From positions 47,512,262-47,576,261 of the forward strand of contig JARDVH010000124.1 in NCBI GenBank assembly GCA_030324005.1: 64,000 bases of DNA. Direction: 5' to 3'. This DNA is from Negaprion brevirostris. Taxonomy: Eukaryota. Each line of letters opens with the position of its first letter. The stretch's first letter is position 1. Below the pieces are notes generated by a model, which worked only from the letters and a program-made list of their open reading frames with translations, was not told where the DNA came from and did no database searches. A program made the translations under genes and the position numbers. Shown piece by piece: positions 37,165 through 51,064 of the stretch.

Positions 37165-37950
37165 CAGTTGCCAAAATGTTCTGCCCTCGTCTGGGGCTGG
37201 GATTTTCTGATGTTGCTCAAGGTGAATTTGATTTTGGCCAGAATGCCAAATTTTCTGTTTGTGCTTGCAATGGATCCTGCCATGCATGAGACTGGAGAAC
37301 CCAGTCCAGAGAATGAATGAGAACAATGATAATGAGGTTGAGCTGGGTTTCAAAATTGATGTTGTGTTTTTGGATGATCTTGTTGAGGGGTAGGATACTC
37401 TTGTGAAGTGCTTCGCCAAGTGCTGCAGCATGCTGTAGAAGGCTGCTGGTCTTCAACTGAGGAGGACTCAGATGACCTGGCTGGGCATATTCAAGTATTC
37501 CTAGATGTGGAAAGCCAGCTGATAGGCAACTGCAAGGGCTCTAGCAGAGTGGCTTGAATTTTCCACCCATTCCTGCTGGCAGGATCTTCCAGTGCTGTTG
37601 ATGGTGAACACCCACTGCAGACTTCCTGGCAGCAGGGTCTGCATAGAACTGGAAAACCGGTGGACAGCGTTGGGATACCACTGCCAGCCAATGATGGGCT
37701 GTCTCCACCACAACTAAACATGTCACTGAGGGCACAGCGAAACCCTGTCCAGTGTGGGCAGTGGGAACAGGAATGTTGTCATTCTTAGGTAGAGCAGCAG
37801 GTCAATGTTCCATGGAATCACTGCCAGATTATGAGTTTTCCTACTGAAGATTTGGATAAACGATTTGTGGTCTACTCTGATGCTATTAAACCCCCTTTGA
37901 ACATAGGTGTCCAAAACCGTAGAGGCTTTTAATTAAGTTTAGCTTGCAAG
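37165..37950 (-). mobile_element. Older L2-type RT fragment with a nested MITE (37550-37712)
   Basis: LPLNKIIQKHNINF...W..PLQ..TENLAFWPK resembles the L2 LPLG.II.KH.I.F / KTE.L.FGP region. Confidence 0.55.
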
Positions 37951-37971
37951 GCAGCAATTTGAGCTTCCACT

Positions 37972-39020
37972 CAGACCTTTGATGGAAATATTTGTGTGCC
38001 TGATATCCTCATAATTCCCCTTATTCCAATTAAACACTTTCCTAGTTTATCTGATCCTATCTCTCTCCAATGCCCATGTAAAGGAGAGAGAGTTATGATC
38101 ACTATCCCCAAAATGCTCTCCCACTGAGAGATCAGACACCTGTCCAGGTTCATTTCCCAATACCAAATCAAGTACAGCATCTTCTCTTGTAGCCTTATCC
38201 ACGTATTGTGTCAGGAAACCTACCTGAACACATGTAACAAACTCCTCCCCATCTAAACCCCTTGCCTTAGGGAGATTCCAATCAATATTTAGGAAATAAA
38301 AACCTCCCATCATGACAACTCTTATTATTCCATCTTTCCAGGTTCTGTTTCCCTATCTACTCCTCAACCTCCCTGTTACTATTGGGCAGCCTATAGAAAA
38401 CTCCCAGTAAAGTTAATACAAAGAACAAAGAACAGCCCAGCACGGGAAACAGGCCCTTCGGCCNNNNNNNNNNNNNNNNNNNNNNNNNNNNNNNNNNNNN
38501 NNNNNNNNNNNNNNNNNNNNNNNNNNNNNNNNNNNNNNNNNNNNNNNNNNNNNNNNNNNNNNNAACTTCCGGTACGGAAGTAAAATACACTCACTCACAC
38601 AAACCCCGCGAACCGGAAGTGCAGTCAGAAAGTGATTCACAGTAAATGCAGTACTCACTAAAGCCACAGCCACCAGGTACACTGCTCCGAAGAACAATGA
38701 CCCCTTCCTGTTCCAAACCTCCACCCACAGAGACTCCATAGACAATCCCTCCATGGCGTCCACCTTTTCTACAGCCATGACACTATCTCTGATCAACAGT
38801 GCCACTCCCCCACCTCTTTATCCTGCTATGTTCCTCTCCCGTTCAACTCTGGCGAGCTCCTCCTTCATGCCTCTGTAGTTACCTTTGATTCCAGCTTCTT
38901 GCTCTCAAACTGCAGGGTAAATTCTATCATACTGTTGTCACTGCCTCCTAAGAGTTCCTTCACCTTAAGCTCCCTTCTTAAGTCTGCCTCATTACGCTTA
39001 ACCAAAGCCAGATTTGCCTG
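37972..39020 (-). mobile_element. CR1 APE endonuclease region with a nested CR1 (38418-38695, mostly hidden in the gap)
   Basis: ALLIRDSV..ESLWVEV; LLGVFYRLPNS; NIDW; FLTQYVDKATREDAVLDLVLGNEPGQV..LSVGEHFGDSDHNSLSF. Confidence 0.92.
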
Positions 39021-40356
39021 TTCCCTAGTAGGCTCCACCTCAAGCTACTCCAAAAAGCCATCTCATAGACATTCCATGAATTCCCCACCCCACTCCCCAA
39101 CCGATTTCCTTCTCTCTTTCTTCAGGTGCCCGATATCCTCTTGTTACTCCCCCTCCCTGCCATGAAGATTGTACTGTCCCCCTCTCAATTGCTGGGGCCC
39201 ACATCCAAAGACCTGCCACTGTGGCCTCCTGCCTCTGGTCTTCTCTTCTGACCACTGGCCAGGCGGTCAATGTGGTCAGCTTATTGGGCGGGAAGTTGAT
39301 CTAAAAATTGTTGATGTGGTCCTGCCCTCAGATTTGGCAGGATTCCTGTGTCCCAGGCCTCTTTGAGTTCTTCAGCTGTTGTTGGTCACCCCCCCCTACC
39401 CCTTCCTTCCCCTCCCCCACCCCTTCCACTCAACCCTCCCCCTCTTCTTCCCCCTCCCCTCCCACCTCCCCACAGCACCTAACCTGATGTAAACCCTGTA
39501 AACAAATGTCAAACTACGATCCCAGTTTTGTTGAGCATGTTACACTCTACCTATTCACTGCTTGCCATTGATAGATTTGGTTTTCCCCTACCCTTATCAG
39601 AATGGTTGGTGTACCACATTTGATAGGCAAACTCCAACACTGGTTTTGACTGATGTAAATAGTACAAAGTTTCACCTTAGGGAGACCAGCTGTCTTGAGA
39701 GACATCAGATAGAAATGGCAAATACTTGCCTTGGGATACATATGGAAAAGCTCAGTTTCCCATTTTAAATTGTCAGAATTTATTACTGTTTGCAGTTTCA
39801 CAGAGTGATAGATCTTGAAGCACAGTTGAGCGCAAACATGTTCAGCCACACCAGAGCAACATCAAGTAGCATGTTTGTAAAAAGACCGTTGTGTGCAGAG
39901 TGACAGATTTAATTTGGGCCTTTTGCCAAACCACTCACTATTAAATGCATGTTAAACAATTGTGTTCTATATGATCTTCAAAGTACTTAAAGACATTTTT
40001 TGCCTTCCAAAAGATATATTTTGAACAAATCTGCATAATATTTTTTGCTAGTTAATGATGAATATTTTGATATATAACAGTGTAACAGAATCAAATTCTC
40101 AATTTTAATTATTTTATTTTGGGTTTTAATTATAATTTTAGTTTTTTCTACCTACCTTCTTGTGATCTGTAGTTTATTATTTCTAAATTTAAACAATCTG
40201 CACTGCAGAGTTCTATGATTCTATAAATTTCTTACCTGTTTTAAAATATTAATTTGCAGGATGTGGGCGTTGCTGCCTAGGCCAGCATTTACTGCAAATT
40301 CTTAATTGCCCTGAGAAGGTGGTGGTGAACTACGTTCCTGAACCACTGCAGTTCAT

Positions 40357-41063
40357 GTGGTGATTTCAAATTTGTTGTTCCCACTGGCTGATGGGAACAG
40401 AATTTTTCAAGATTTTCATTTCCTGGAAGCAAGATTTAAACAAGGCAGTGAAAAGATCAAATTCATGATACTACATTACCATAACCAGATAAAACTGGCT
40501 TGCTTTTCAGAACTCAAATCAGGAGGTGATTGTGGAACTTGTCATTAACCCCTGTAGGGTCTATTCATTCCTTTGAATAGACAAAGATGGCANNNNNNNN
40601 NNTTTTCTTAAACAGAACTTAAAATTAAATCATTAAAAAAGCAAACAGAAAGAGGAAAAAGCTAGAGAAAGAGAGAGACAGACTGGTTTCTTCTGCCAGT
40701 CGTGTACTGATCAAAACAGAACTCTGAAACAGACAGAACTAAACAAGGCTAAACTCAAAATATACAGCTGAAATTGCAATACATGTGATTCATTATCTTG
40801 TTATCAAAATTGCTTGGCACATGCTGTCTTTAACTTGGAGAAATCGACCTTGCAGATGTTGTTTATGAAAAACTTTGTTTGGCTTATAAAAAGCTTGTTT
40901 TGCTAGCATCCTACTTGTCAAAAATGCTGTCAATTTTCTTACTAACCCAGCATGCCTTCTGAGTTTTAAAATGTAGTCAGGCAGAGTTAGTTAATTTTTT
41001 AAGCTTAGCATTTAAATGTAATTGCATAGACAGAAATATCTTAAAATGAAGTCTCTGCGTACA
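40357..41063 (-). mobile_element. Possible solo LTR inserted in a LINE 3' tail (40250-40356)
   Basis: TG...CA bounded, with a (GA)n tract and architecture like 16947-17786; the flank is a LINE tail homologous to 48360-48480. Confidence 0.35.
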
Positions 41064-42184
41064 TGAAGCGCACCATACACAGGCTCGACAGCCCCTCTAA
41101 AACTAATATATGAAAATATGAATTAAGAGCAGTTGTTAGCCATTCGGGCCTTCAGGCTTGTTCCACCATTCATTAAGATCATAGCTGACCTGTTTGTAGC
41201 TTCAACTCCACAATCCTGCCTCCATCAGATAACCTTTCACTCCTTTGTTAATCAAGAATCTTTTTCGCTCTCCCTTAAAAATATTCAAAGACTCTACTTC
41301 CACTGCCTCGTCAGGAAGAGAGTTCCAGAGATTCATGACTCTTTGAGAGAAAAGACGTCTTAAATCAATGACCCATTATTTTTAAACAGCGATATATCTG
41401 ATGTAAGCATGGGAACAGTCATGTTTCTGCAAGCTCTGGTGATGCTCAGTCTTTTTAATCCTTTTCCTATCCTGATGCACGACTCATGGTCTCTTTCTCC
41501 AAGAGTGTACACTCCATGATATGCCCGTGGGACATTTCTGGGGGAGTATTGATGACAGAATGCCGAGGAGTGTCAAGAAAATCCTTGATTGAAAAGGAGC
41601 AGTCGGAGGCACCCGGGGCAGAGCTGGGCCCCCAACATGGGGACCTCTGGGCCCGGTGCTCTCGGAGATGCTTTAGGAGATGACCGCAAAACATTATCAA
41701 AGTTACAGGTGACAAACTTGATGTTTCGATACAGAACATTAATGCTCACTTGGAATAACTGCAGAATACCAGCAAGAGGCTCAGTAAGGTGGAATATAGA
41801 ATCCTCAATGTCAAAATTGCCTCTTCTTTGGTTGAGGCTCGACCGCAATTCTTCGAGAATCAGTTGCATGGTACGTCGGGTATCCTGATGGATCTGGAAA
41901 ATCACAGCTGGAGGAAGAATATTCATGTGATTGATTTTCCAGAGGGAGCTGAAGGCAGGCTCACAGTTAAATTTTTTGAAAGTTAGCTGTCAGGTTATTT
42001 TTAACCTTGATGTGAGTCCAGGGTGGATCAAGCTCAAAGGCGAGCATTATATCCTATCCTTGAGGCCCAGGGCTAATCAACATCCTTGACCTATTATCAT
42101 ACATTTCTATAACTTCAGGGACCATCATAGGGTTTTGAAAGCCGCCAGACATTGTGGACTTGACTCTATAACTGGATGAAAGTC

Positions 42185-42522
42185 TCATAGAATCGGTACA
42201 TAGAATTCTGCAGTGCAGAAGGAGGCCATTCAGCCCATCGAGTCTGCACCAACCACAATTCCACCCAGGCCCTCTCCCCATAACCCCATGCATTTACCCT
42301 AGCTCGTCCGTTTGACACTAAGGGGCAATTTAGAATGACCAATCGACCTAACTTGCACATCTTTGGTCTGTGGAAGGAAACCGGAGCACCCGGAGGAAAC
42401 CCTCGCAGACACAGGGAGAATGTGCAAAACTCTACGCAGACAATGACCCAAGCCAGGAATTGTACCCAGGTCCTTGGCACCAGGAGGCAATAGTGCTAAC
42501 CACTGTGTCACCATGCAGCCCT
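42185..42522 (-). mobile_element. HE1-type V-SINE nested in L1 ORF1
   Basis: Full reverse-complement match. Confidence 0.93.
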
Positions 42523-43559
42523 GTTTCTCTAGGACTTCTCGGAAGTAGCGCAATAAAAATCCAAAAGCTTCAATCTGGTTAGAAAGCATTTGTAGGCTTT
42601 TGGTATTGGGGATACTCTGCATTATCCTGCTGTCCTGAAGGTCATGCTTGAAAGATTTGTTCGGGATTCAACAATCCTGCTGAGGTTTTTTTTTAGAATC
42701 TCTGAAAGGCAATGGTTTAGAATCACGATCTGGAGCTCCTTGTTAATCCTGGACTGTATCTTCATAATTATCTCCTTGTGTTTATTCTGCATTGTGCTTT
42801 TTCATATTGACAGGGGCAATCCTGGGATTGAGCCATGAGGCAAGTTTCACTGATGATCCTGTTTGTAGTCATATTCCACAGTTCGTTCTCATTAATCTTT
42901 GAATGCATCTCCTGGAACTGCACCTTTTAATTGATTCTGTTACATGATTTATCACATTGGTAGGAAAAATCTTGTGAGTGGGAATGCTAGCGTAATTTTT
43001 GTTTGATATCCTGTTATCCTGATGTCCTGATGCATCCAAGGACATTGATTCATCCTTATCCTCTGTAATTTCATCTCTTAATTGATCCTGTTGTGTGAGT
43101 TGTCACGTTGATAAGGGAAATCCGGTGTGAGAGCATTATAGTGAATTTTTTGCTTGTTATCCTGATATTCTGATGTTCCTAGGAATATTAATTTATCCGT
43201 AGTGGAATGTATCTTACAATGTACTTTTTGTTCTTAAGTCGTGTGTTGTGTAGGTTGTATGGAATTAGAACTGTGTGATTTTTATCCATTTTCTCGTATT
43301 ATAACCCTGGCATGTATAGTGGTGGACTTTTTGAACAGACATCCTTTATTACAATTATGATTAAAATGAGCAGTGCCGTTGCAGGGAGGTGGGTAAGTGG
43401 GTTCAATATGAAGGCAGTGGATAGAGGGGGCCTGATGATTCCTCACTGTGGGTGAGGAAAACCCCTTAAAACTTCTAGGTCATATATTTTTTGGATTTTT
43501 GTTGTTTCGGTATTGTAGATTCTTTGTTCAATACCTGTTTGTTCAATACAGACAGACTA

Positions 43560-44092
43560 AATGCGTCATGCCCACTACAACTCTTTCCAATTTTTACCGA
43601 TGCACCATAGAAAGCATCCTATCTGGTTGTCTACAGCTATATATGGCTCCTGCTCTGACCAAGACTGTAAGAAATACAAAGGGTCGTGAATAAAGCCAAG
43701 TCCATCACACAAACCAGCCTCCCACCCATTGACTCCAGCTATACTTCCCACTGCCTCAGAAATGCAGCCAGAATAATGAAGGACCCCGCATGCCCCAGAT
43801 ATTCTGTCTTCCACCTTTTTCCATTGGGAAAAAGATACAAAAGTCTGAGATCACATACCAACCAACTCAAGAAAGGCTTCTTCCCTGCTGCCATTAGACT
43901 TTTGAATGGTCCTATCATATATTAAGCCAATCTTCCTCTTCACCCTAGCTATGACTGTAACATTTTTTCTGCATCCTCTCCTTTCCTTCTCCCCTATGTA
44001 CTCTATGAACAGTATGTTTCGTCTGTATCGTACGCAAGAACAATACTTTTCACTGTACCCCAATACATGTGACAATAATAAATTAATTCAAG
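43560..44092 (+). mobile_element. Rex1/Babar LINE 3' portion nested in the L1 spacer
   Basis: TLSNFYRCTIESILSGC; KKGFFPAAIRLLN; GTGACAATAATAAA tail. Confidence 0.9.
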
Positions 44093-44329
44093 TATATCCA
44101 GGAAGAGACATTATGTTGTATTTTTGGTGCCCACATTGTTGCTTGGGGGAAGCTTCCCTTGGTGCATGCACAAGTGTGGTGTGAAAATCCATGGTGGTTT
44201 AACCACTATTTTACTTGTGCTAATGCCCTGTAGTTCTTGCGGTTGAATAAGCAGTGGTAGTGGCCACTATAAAGGTTTGCTCCTGGAATGTGTGGGGAAT
44301 TCATCACCTGTTAAAAGGAAGAAGATTGT

Positions 44330-45225
44330 GCAGCCCCATGCACCAAGTCACAAAGCATATTACGGCCGGAGAGATGCAGATGCGGGGCCAAAGATGTAAT
44401 CTGGTTTATGCCCAACAATGGGTGAACCAGACCTGCATCTTTGTAACATCAAATGTGCTACACTGGATTTTAGCAGGAATCACCCTGTTTCCAGTATTCC
44501 CCGACCCACCAGCACAGTGAGAAGCCAGCAGGAATCACTACTGGTCTCCATAAATGGAGACCAGGCATGATTTTCAAGTTAGGGGGCTGAGAAGCCATGA
44601 CTTGTGCAGTGCCCTGACACTAACCCCTGGCACCCTACTGGAAAGAGGCATTGTCTGACATGGGTGCCTAACGGTGTCAGGGCCTCANNNNNNNNNNNNN
44701 NNNTGGGCAGAGCCTGCGGGGGGTGGTGGGGGGTGGGGGTGGCGGGGTGGGGGAGGTGTGGTGCTTAGGTGGCACGTGGCAGAGTATTACTCACTCACTT
44801 GGGGGATGAGATAGCAATGCCACCCTGATACCTGCATGGTTTGATGGGGGGGGGGAGGGGAGGAGGGGGTGGACATGGGGGAAGGGGGTGACCCAGACAT
44901 TTAGTGATGAGTGGGGAGGTTGTCCCTCCAGAGTCAAGGGGTTGGGGGTGTTCCCTATATCTGCAGGCTAAGTGATGCCCATGCGGAGAGGGAGTTGGTA
45001 TGGCTGAGGGAGGAGCTTCAATTTAACTTTGAGATCGGGTCGTCCTTTAAAAAGGGCACTCTGATCTCCAAGGAACTGGCCTTGAACATCTCTTTGCCAA
45101 TGGGAATCTCCCAAAGCTCAAAAGAAAATGGCTCAGTGTGGGCGAATTGCCATCTAGAATGTGTGGACCCACCCAACAGAATATTCAGTTTTCCCCACCA
45201 GAAATACACTAATTTTGTGAGAGGA
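44330..45225. mobile_element. Non-autonomous DNA element (Harbinger-like, G-rich interior) interrupting L1 ORF2
   Basis: The L1 APE reading breaks after KGRR at ~44325 and resumes at LKKEKVD ~45230. Confidence 0.6.
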
Positions 45226-46796
45226 TTTCTCTTAAGAAGGAGAAAGTTGACAAAGTTCTCATGCAAAGAGTTCATCTGGTTGACAAACTCAAGGGGGTCT
45301 GGGTAAGGTAAAGGATTTTCTTCTTAATCAAACAGCAGTCAAAGGGTATTGATTAATAAAAATCCACCTTTTTAGTGTATTCTTATAGGTGGAAAGCTGC
45401 GTGAAAGACAAAGAGGCTAAGTATGTGATTGTTAAAGGGCTGGTATATGGGGGGAATGTGTTGATAATGAATGATATGATCCCTCTAATTATGCCCCAGA
45501 CCCTGTCACTAAGGTCTTTATGGACTTTGCCGGACTGGCCTCCTTTTATTCATTTATTGACGTTGACTTTAATTGCAATTTTAACCCCATTAAATGATAA
45601 ATTCCTTGTTACGAGAAACGCTCCCACACAGCAAGCTGGGTATTGGCCTCGGCTTGTGAAGAGCTGGGTTATTTGGATGTGTGGAGAACTTTGCATCCCA
45701 AGTATAAACAGCTCACTTTTTTTTTGGTCCCTCACTTGTGTCACACCAAGATTAACAATTTTTTTGTTCCAAAGGTGATCCTGCAGTCAGTTGACTCTTA
45801 TACTCCAGGGAGTATTGCGATCTCTGACCATGCTCCAGTTTTGTTTACAATTTCTTCTCAAGGGAGTCTACCCTTGGTCCACTTCCTGGAGATGTGATGC
45901 ATCTTTACTTAAAGATCTTAATTTCATCTTATACTTCAAGACTGAACTTGATTGTCTTTATTCACTTAATTCTCTTTCTGATGTGGGCCCCTCTATTCTG
46001 TGGGAGATCTGTAAGGCCTTTGCTAAAGGTTGGGTCCTCTCATTCTCGACTAGAAAGAGATGCAGATTGTTGGAGCAGCAGCATAATTGGAAATCCAGTG
46101 AGCTGAATTAGAGAGGGAGTGTGGTAGGAATTCTGGTCATGCGAACCTGAGGGAAACTGATGTAGTTAGGGTGGCACTGGACATTTTTGTTGACCTATTG
46201 TGCAGAGAGGAGTTTGCGATTTGCTAAGCATAACTTGCATGAATTTGGGAATAAATCCAGTAGGTATTTGGCTTCTCTTACTGGGAAGAAACAGGATTCT
46301 AGGTCCCAAGATTCAGTGGTGGACTCCAAGGGAAATAGGAGCATTAGGGCTGAAGATACTAATGAGGCTGTTATACCAATGCATATAAATCAGACCAAGC
46401 TGAGGAACGTCCAGTACATCTCTTGAGTTTCTTCTATCTCGGAGGATATAATAACAGCTTTGAATGCACCAATCTCTGAGGAAGACATGGTCTCTGCCAT
46501 AAAGGAGACTCGGCCTGGTAAGGTGGCTGGGCCTGATGGTTTTGAGTGGTTTGAACAACATAATAATTTATTTGGCGTAGGTTTGCTACCACGGTTGCTC
46601 CTTGAGGCATATATTTCCTTAATCCAGAAACCAGATAAGAATCCTGATCAGGTACTTCTTACAGACCCACTTCTTTATCGAATGTCAATTTTAAAATATT
46701 GTCTAAGCTTCTGGCATTGAACCTGGAGAAAATCCTTCCTGTGATTATCAAGGGTGATCAGACTGGATTTATTAAAGGTGGGAACTTGTGCAATAA

Positions 46797-46963
46797 GTTT
46801 AGTTTATTTATTACTGTCATGAGCAGGCTTACATTAACACTGCAATGAAGTTACTGTGAAAATTCCCTAGTCGCCGCACTGCCTGTACACTGAGGGAGAA
46901 TTTAGCATGGCCAATGCCCCTAACCAGCAAGTCTTTCAGACTGTGGGAGGAAACTTGAGCACC
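46797..46963 (-). mobile_element. V-SINE alternative-tail 3' half
   Basis: AGTTTATTTATTACTGTCA..GCAGGCTTACATTAACACTGCAATGAAGTTACTGTGAAAAT. Confidence 0.85.
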
Positions 46964-48359
46964 CGTCCCCTCCCCAACCCCTCTCTGTTGCACTTCAAGA
47001 CTTTGCTTGATGAATGAGTATTAACTTTAGGTAATTTTCTTCCTGGAGACCCAAATGCCGTTGCTCCTCAATGCTGTGACTCTTGCCATTAAGAGAATAT
47101 TCTAATTTGTCTTCCTCAGTTCAAAATGGACAACCTGATACTTCCCCACATTAAACTCCCACCATCCTTCAGAGTTTAGCCCTTTTACTTGTTGTGTTGA
47201 TACCCCTTTGCAAATTCCTGCTCCCACCTGCAGAACTTACATTCAAAGAATTTTGTGAATGGGGGATGGAAAATGAACATGTTTCGAAAAACCAAAGGCA
47301 AAGGACCCATGTTTCTGTTCTTTCCTCAGTTCCACCAGCAAACAGATAGTGACAGCTCAAAGGCTTGCCAAAAGTAATGAATTTAGGATCCTACAAATGG
47401 AAAAGGCAGCTGACAAAATGGGGCTTGTGAGCCATATCGTGCAGCTTTGTATTTTCTAAGCAGAGAGGGATGACTTTTACACATGTGACTTACACACCAT
47501 AATAATGGTAAATGCAATGTTTCCAATAGGATGGCATTTGAGCTGAGCAAAAGCAGTTGGAAGTGACATTATAATGTTTTCATACATAAAAGTCTTGTGT
47601 CTGCTGTGTGTTTATGAGATAAATTATCTGTAGGGAAGAAAATGCAGCATAGATGATGGGTGGAAATAGTCATAGCTATTAAACATTCTTGTTACTTCAA
47701 ATGCCCGGTTCAAAAAAAACAAGGTATCACAAATCACTGTCACCCAGTAAGGTATAGCGATTGAATCTCTGAAAGCCTATCCATTCAAAACAATCACCTT
47801 GTTTTCTAAAAATACTAAATCCCCTAAATCCTGTTCCAAAATGTTGATTTAGTAACAGACAACTCATAAGATCTTGACAACAATACAAGTAAATTATACT
47901 TTTCCAGGTACCATATTCATTGTCCATTCAATTATCCCTAAAATTACATTTTGAATATAAGCACAACAGAATATAAGCTTCTCAACAGAAACACTAAACT
48001 CACCTTTAAGGTTACGCATTCATTAGCGATGCCTTGGCAATCATTTGCCTCACAGAACACGATATTCCTTCCTTCTCGCAAGCCTGAAGATTGAGTGATC
48101 CTTCAATCTGGAACTTCCATTCTTCACTGGATCTTCTGTACCAATGTGTCCTACATTCTGCATTCCTATTTTTAAGCTCCAGAAATGCATGAACCATCAC
48201 TGACCCTCAGTGCCAATTTGCACACTTTCCCATTCCCAAACATGTTCCTTTCTACTGAATCCCAGCTCTTGCTTATTGATATTCAAAATATATCCAGAAG
48301 GTACTTCATCACATCTCGCTTCCTGCTGTGCCCTGGCTTATTATAACCAAAACTTTTTT

Positions 48360-49005
48360 TATTCATTCATGGGATGTGGACATCAGTGGCGATGCCAGAA
48401 TTTGTTGCTGGTTTCCAAGTGCTTTTGAGAAAGTGGTGATGAGCTGCCTTCTTGAAGTGCTGCAGTCCATGTAGTGTAGGTACCTCCACAGTGCTGTTAG
48501 GAAGGATGTCCAGGATTTTGACCTAGCGGCAGTAAGGGAAGGGTGTTTTATTTCCTGGTCAGGATGGTGAGTGACTTGGACGAGAACTTCCAGTTGGTGA
48601 TATTCCCTTGTGTCTTCTGCCCTTGATAAAAGCAAATTACTGTGGATGCTGGAATCTGAAACCAGATAGAAAGTGGGAGATATTTATACTGTATACAATA
48701 TCTCCCAGTTTCTAAGCCTTTTCGCTTTGACAAAGGGTCATCTGCATTCGAAGCATCAGCTCTTTTCTCTCCTTATAAATGCTGCCAGACCTGGTGAGAT
48801 TTTCCAACTTTTTTTTAATTTGCTGCCTGCTGTTCTTGTCCTTTGAGATGTTAGCAGTTATGGGTTTGGAAGATGCGATATAAAAGCCTTGGTGAGTTCC
48901 TGCAGTGCATCATGTAGATGGTAAACACTGCTGCCACTGTTTGCTGGTGGTGGAAGGAGTGTATGTTTGTGGAAGGGGTGCCAATCAAGCGGGCTGCTTT
49001 GTCCC
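48360..49005 (-). mobile_element. LINE 3' end (CR1/L2 superclade) with a nested Penelope-derived mini-element at 48628-48815
   Basis: Reverse complement contains a WxSLxNST...LQHFKKAAHHHF-type C-terminus, the YTIYxMHC motif, and tail CCACATCCCATGAATGAAT. Confidence 0.75.
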
Positions 49006-49464
49006 ACCAGCCCACCGCGGAGGTCTCAGGGGCTCCCCTCCCCAGTAATCCAAGTTAGCAGTTCTCCCGCGATCTTCGACCCCATCATCTCCCTCACCCT
49101 AGTCATCAGCCCCTCCACTCTTGATCATTGTCCTCCTTCTCTCCACCCAATCATCGCCAGATTCTCCTGCTCCTCCGTCCACTCCTGGCCACTACCACAT
49201 CTAAATGAATCCCACTGGGGCCCACCCCTTGGCACAGGCTGGCATTTCCAGATTGCTACTACCAGGTTGGCATGATGCCAACCTCTGCCAGGAGACAGTG
49301 CTGGGGGCATTGCCAGACCACTGTCTGGCCATGTCCCTCTGGATATACTTACCTTTATGACCCCNNNNNNNNNNNNNNNNNNNNNNNNNNNNNNNNNNNN
49401 NNNNNNNNNNNNNNNNNNNNNNNNNNNNNNNNNNNNNNNNNNNNNNNNNNNNNNNNNNNNNNNN

Positions 49465-49592
49465 TAGGTTTATGGATGGAAAGGGTTTGGTTTAGGTTAG
49501 AGGGTCATTGCTTTTTAACTGGTCGGTGCAACATCATGGGCTGAAGGGCCTGTTCTGCGCTGTAATGTTCTGTGTTCTATGTTCTATGTTCT
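49465..49592 (+). mobile_element. CR1 3' tail
   Basis: GGGCTGAAGGGCCTGTTCTGCGCTGTAATGTTCTGTGTTCTATGTTCTATG. Confidence 0.85.
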
Positions 49593-51064
49593 AAAAGTTA
49601 AGTAAATTATACATTACTTTAGGATCCATTTCATTCTACTGATTTTTTGTAAATTTGAAAAATGAGATTCAACGTTCAAAAAGTTAAGAATGAGCAATAA
49701 TAAATTTGTGGCAGTGGATTAATGAACAGGCAGCACAAACATTGTAGCAGAATTCATAAAAATGCCTTAATTCCAGTTTGCAGTATTATAAGTATTGAAA
49801 GGTTCTGAGGGTTGTAGACAGTCCAAAAAATCCACAACCTGTCATTAGTTTCATTTTGACCCAGTACCTTCCAGAAATCTGCAATCAAACCTCTTTTGAA
49901 CTGCACTCTCATTGCAACTAACACTCCAGGCTGCACACATCACTATTACCACATATTGTCTGAGACAAGCCAAACACTGACAGGGTCATTGATACAGTAT
50001 GGCCTTCAACCGTTCCTAAATAATGATAGACAGAATTGCCAATGCTGTGACTTTTGTAAAAATCACAGCAGTATTACTCAAGTTTAAGAAAACACTTCAA
50101 CATGTTGTGCGTCCTGGAGTTTATGAGGATTACGTTATTATTTTCCCAGTTACCCCAGCTATCCAATCCCACTGAAACCTCTATATTGATATCAGAAAGA
50201 GCTAGGCCTACATTTTGCTGCTGACACCTGGTCCCATTCTTTGCCTTCATTTCTGAAGCCAACGCAAGTCCAAATACTGACTCCAAGCAGACACTGGGCA
50301 ACTTACTCGTTTTTTCTGCATCATGCCCTCGTGATTCTCCTTGATCCCTCCCTTCAGCCTCTTCCTCCAATCTCTCCCAACTCTGAGTACTGGCTGAGAC
50401 TCCTTTCCCCTCCCTGTGCTGCTTTTGACTTCCCATTAATCCAGTCTCCTTCTTATAGCCTGTACATTCTCTCTGCTGATTTTGAAAGGGTTGCAAAGTA
50501 ATAGGAGTCTAGGACTGGGATGCACAAACAAATGCAGTATGGTGACATACACACTGATCTCCCATACTAAATAATATCAGTGCCCAATAACAACTTGGAG
50601 CTGCAAGGCTGATTCTGAAGGTTGGATTCTCATAGTTTGACAGAAGAGATTTTAGAGGTAGATGTTCTGGAAATTTCATACCGCCTGCTAGGGTATCAGT
50701 CTGCTGGGTATGTTTCTGTTTCTGATATAATTTGAAAAATCAGGTTTGGTGGGGTGATATGGTTGGATGATGGCTTTCCGTCTGTAAATAGCAGGTATCC
50801 AATTTTTATTGGGCTGCAGCAAAAAAGAGTTTTTTTTAAAGAAAATGGTATGTTATAAATGAGTAACTATTTTAAAAGTTCTTTTTACACATTCTATTGT
50901 CACTACAGCATTCATTTTAAACAGTTAATAGTGGGTGAATGGTCATGGACGTGTCCATGACAAGAACGAGGGGTCATAGGAGTGGGGCCTAAACACACCG
51001 TAAACCTGGCCTCACAGAGATCAGGTGCAGTTTTTAAAGAGCGCCCGAATCTCAAAGTGAAATT

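Larger units (their letters stand above)
41400..46797 (+). mobile_element. L1-clade LINE: ORF1 (~41490-42640), long spacer, ORF2 APE plus RT N-terminus (from ~44254); decayed and 3'-truncated
   Basis: ORF1 DLENHSWRKNIHVIDFPEGAEG; ORF2 VCSWNVWGI, LKKEKVD..LMQE, LDVWRTLHP..TFF, ISDHAPV, LWE..KAF.KG, GNKSSRYLA, GKVAGPDGF, DQTGFIKG. Confidence 0.9.

Noticed and set aside
50074-50496. 140-aa ORF on the - strand
   Set aside because: No domain similarity or splice support; composition fits purine-rich non-coding DNA.
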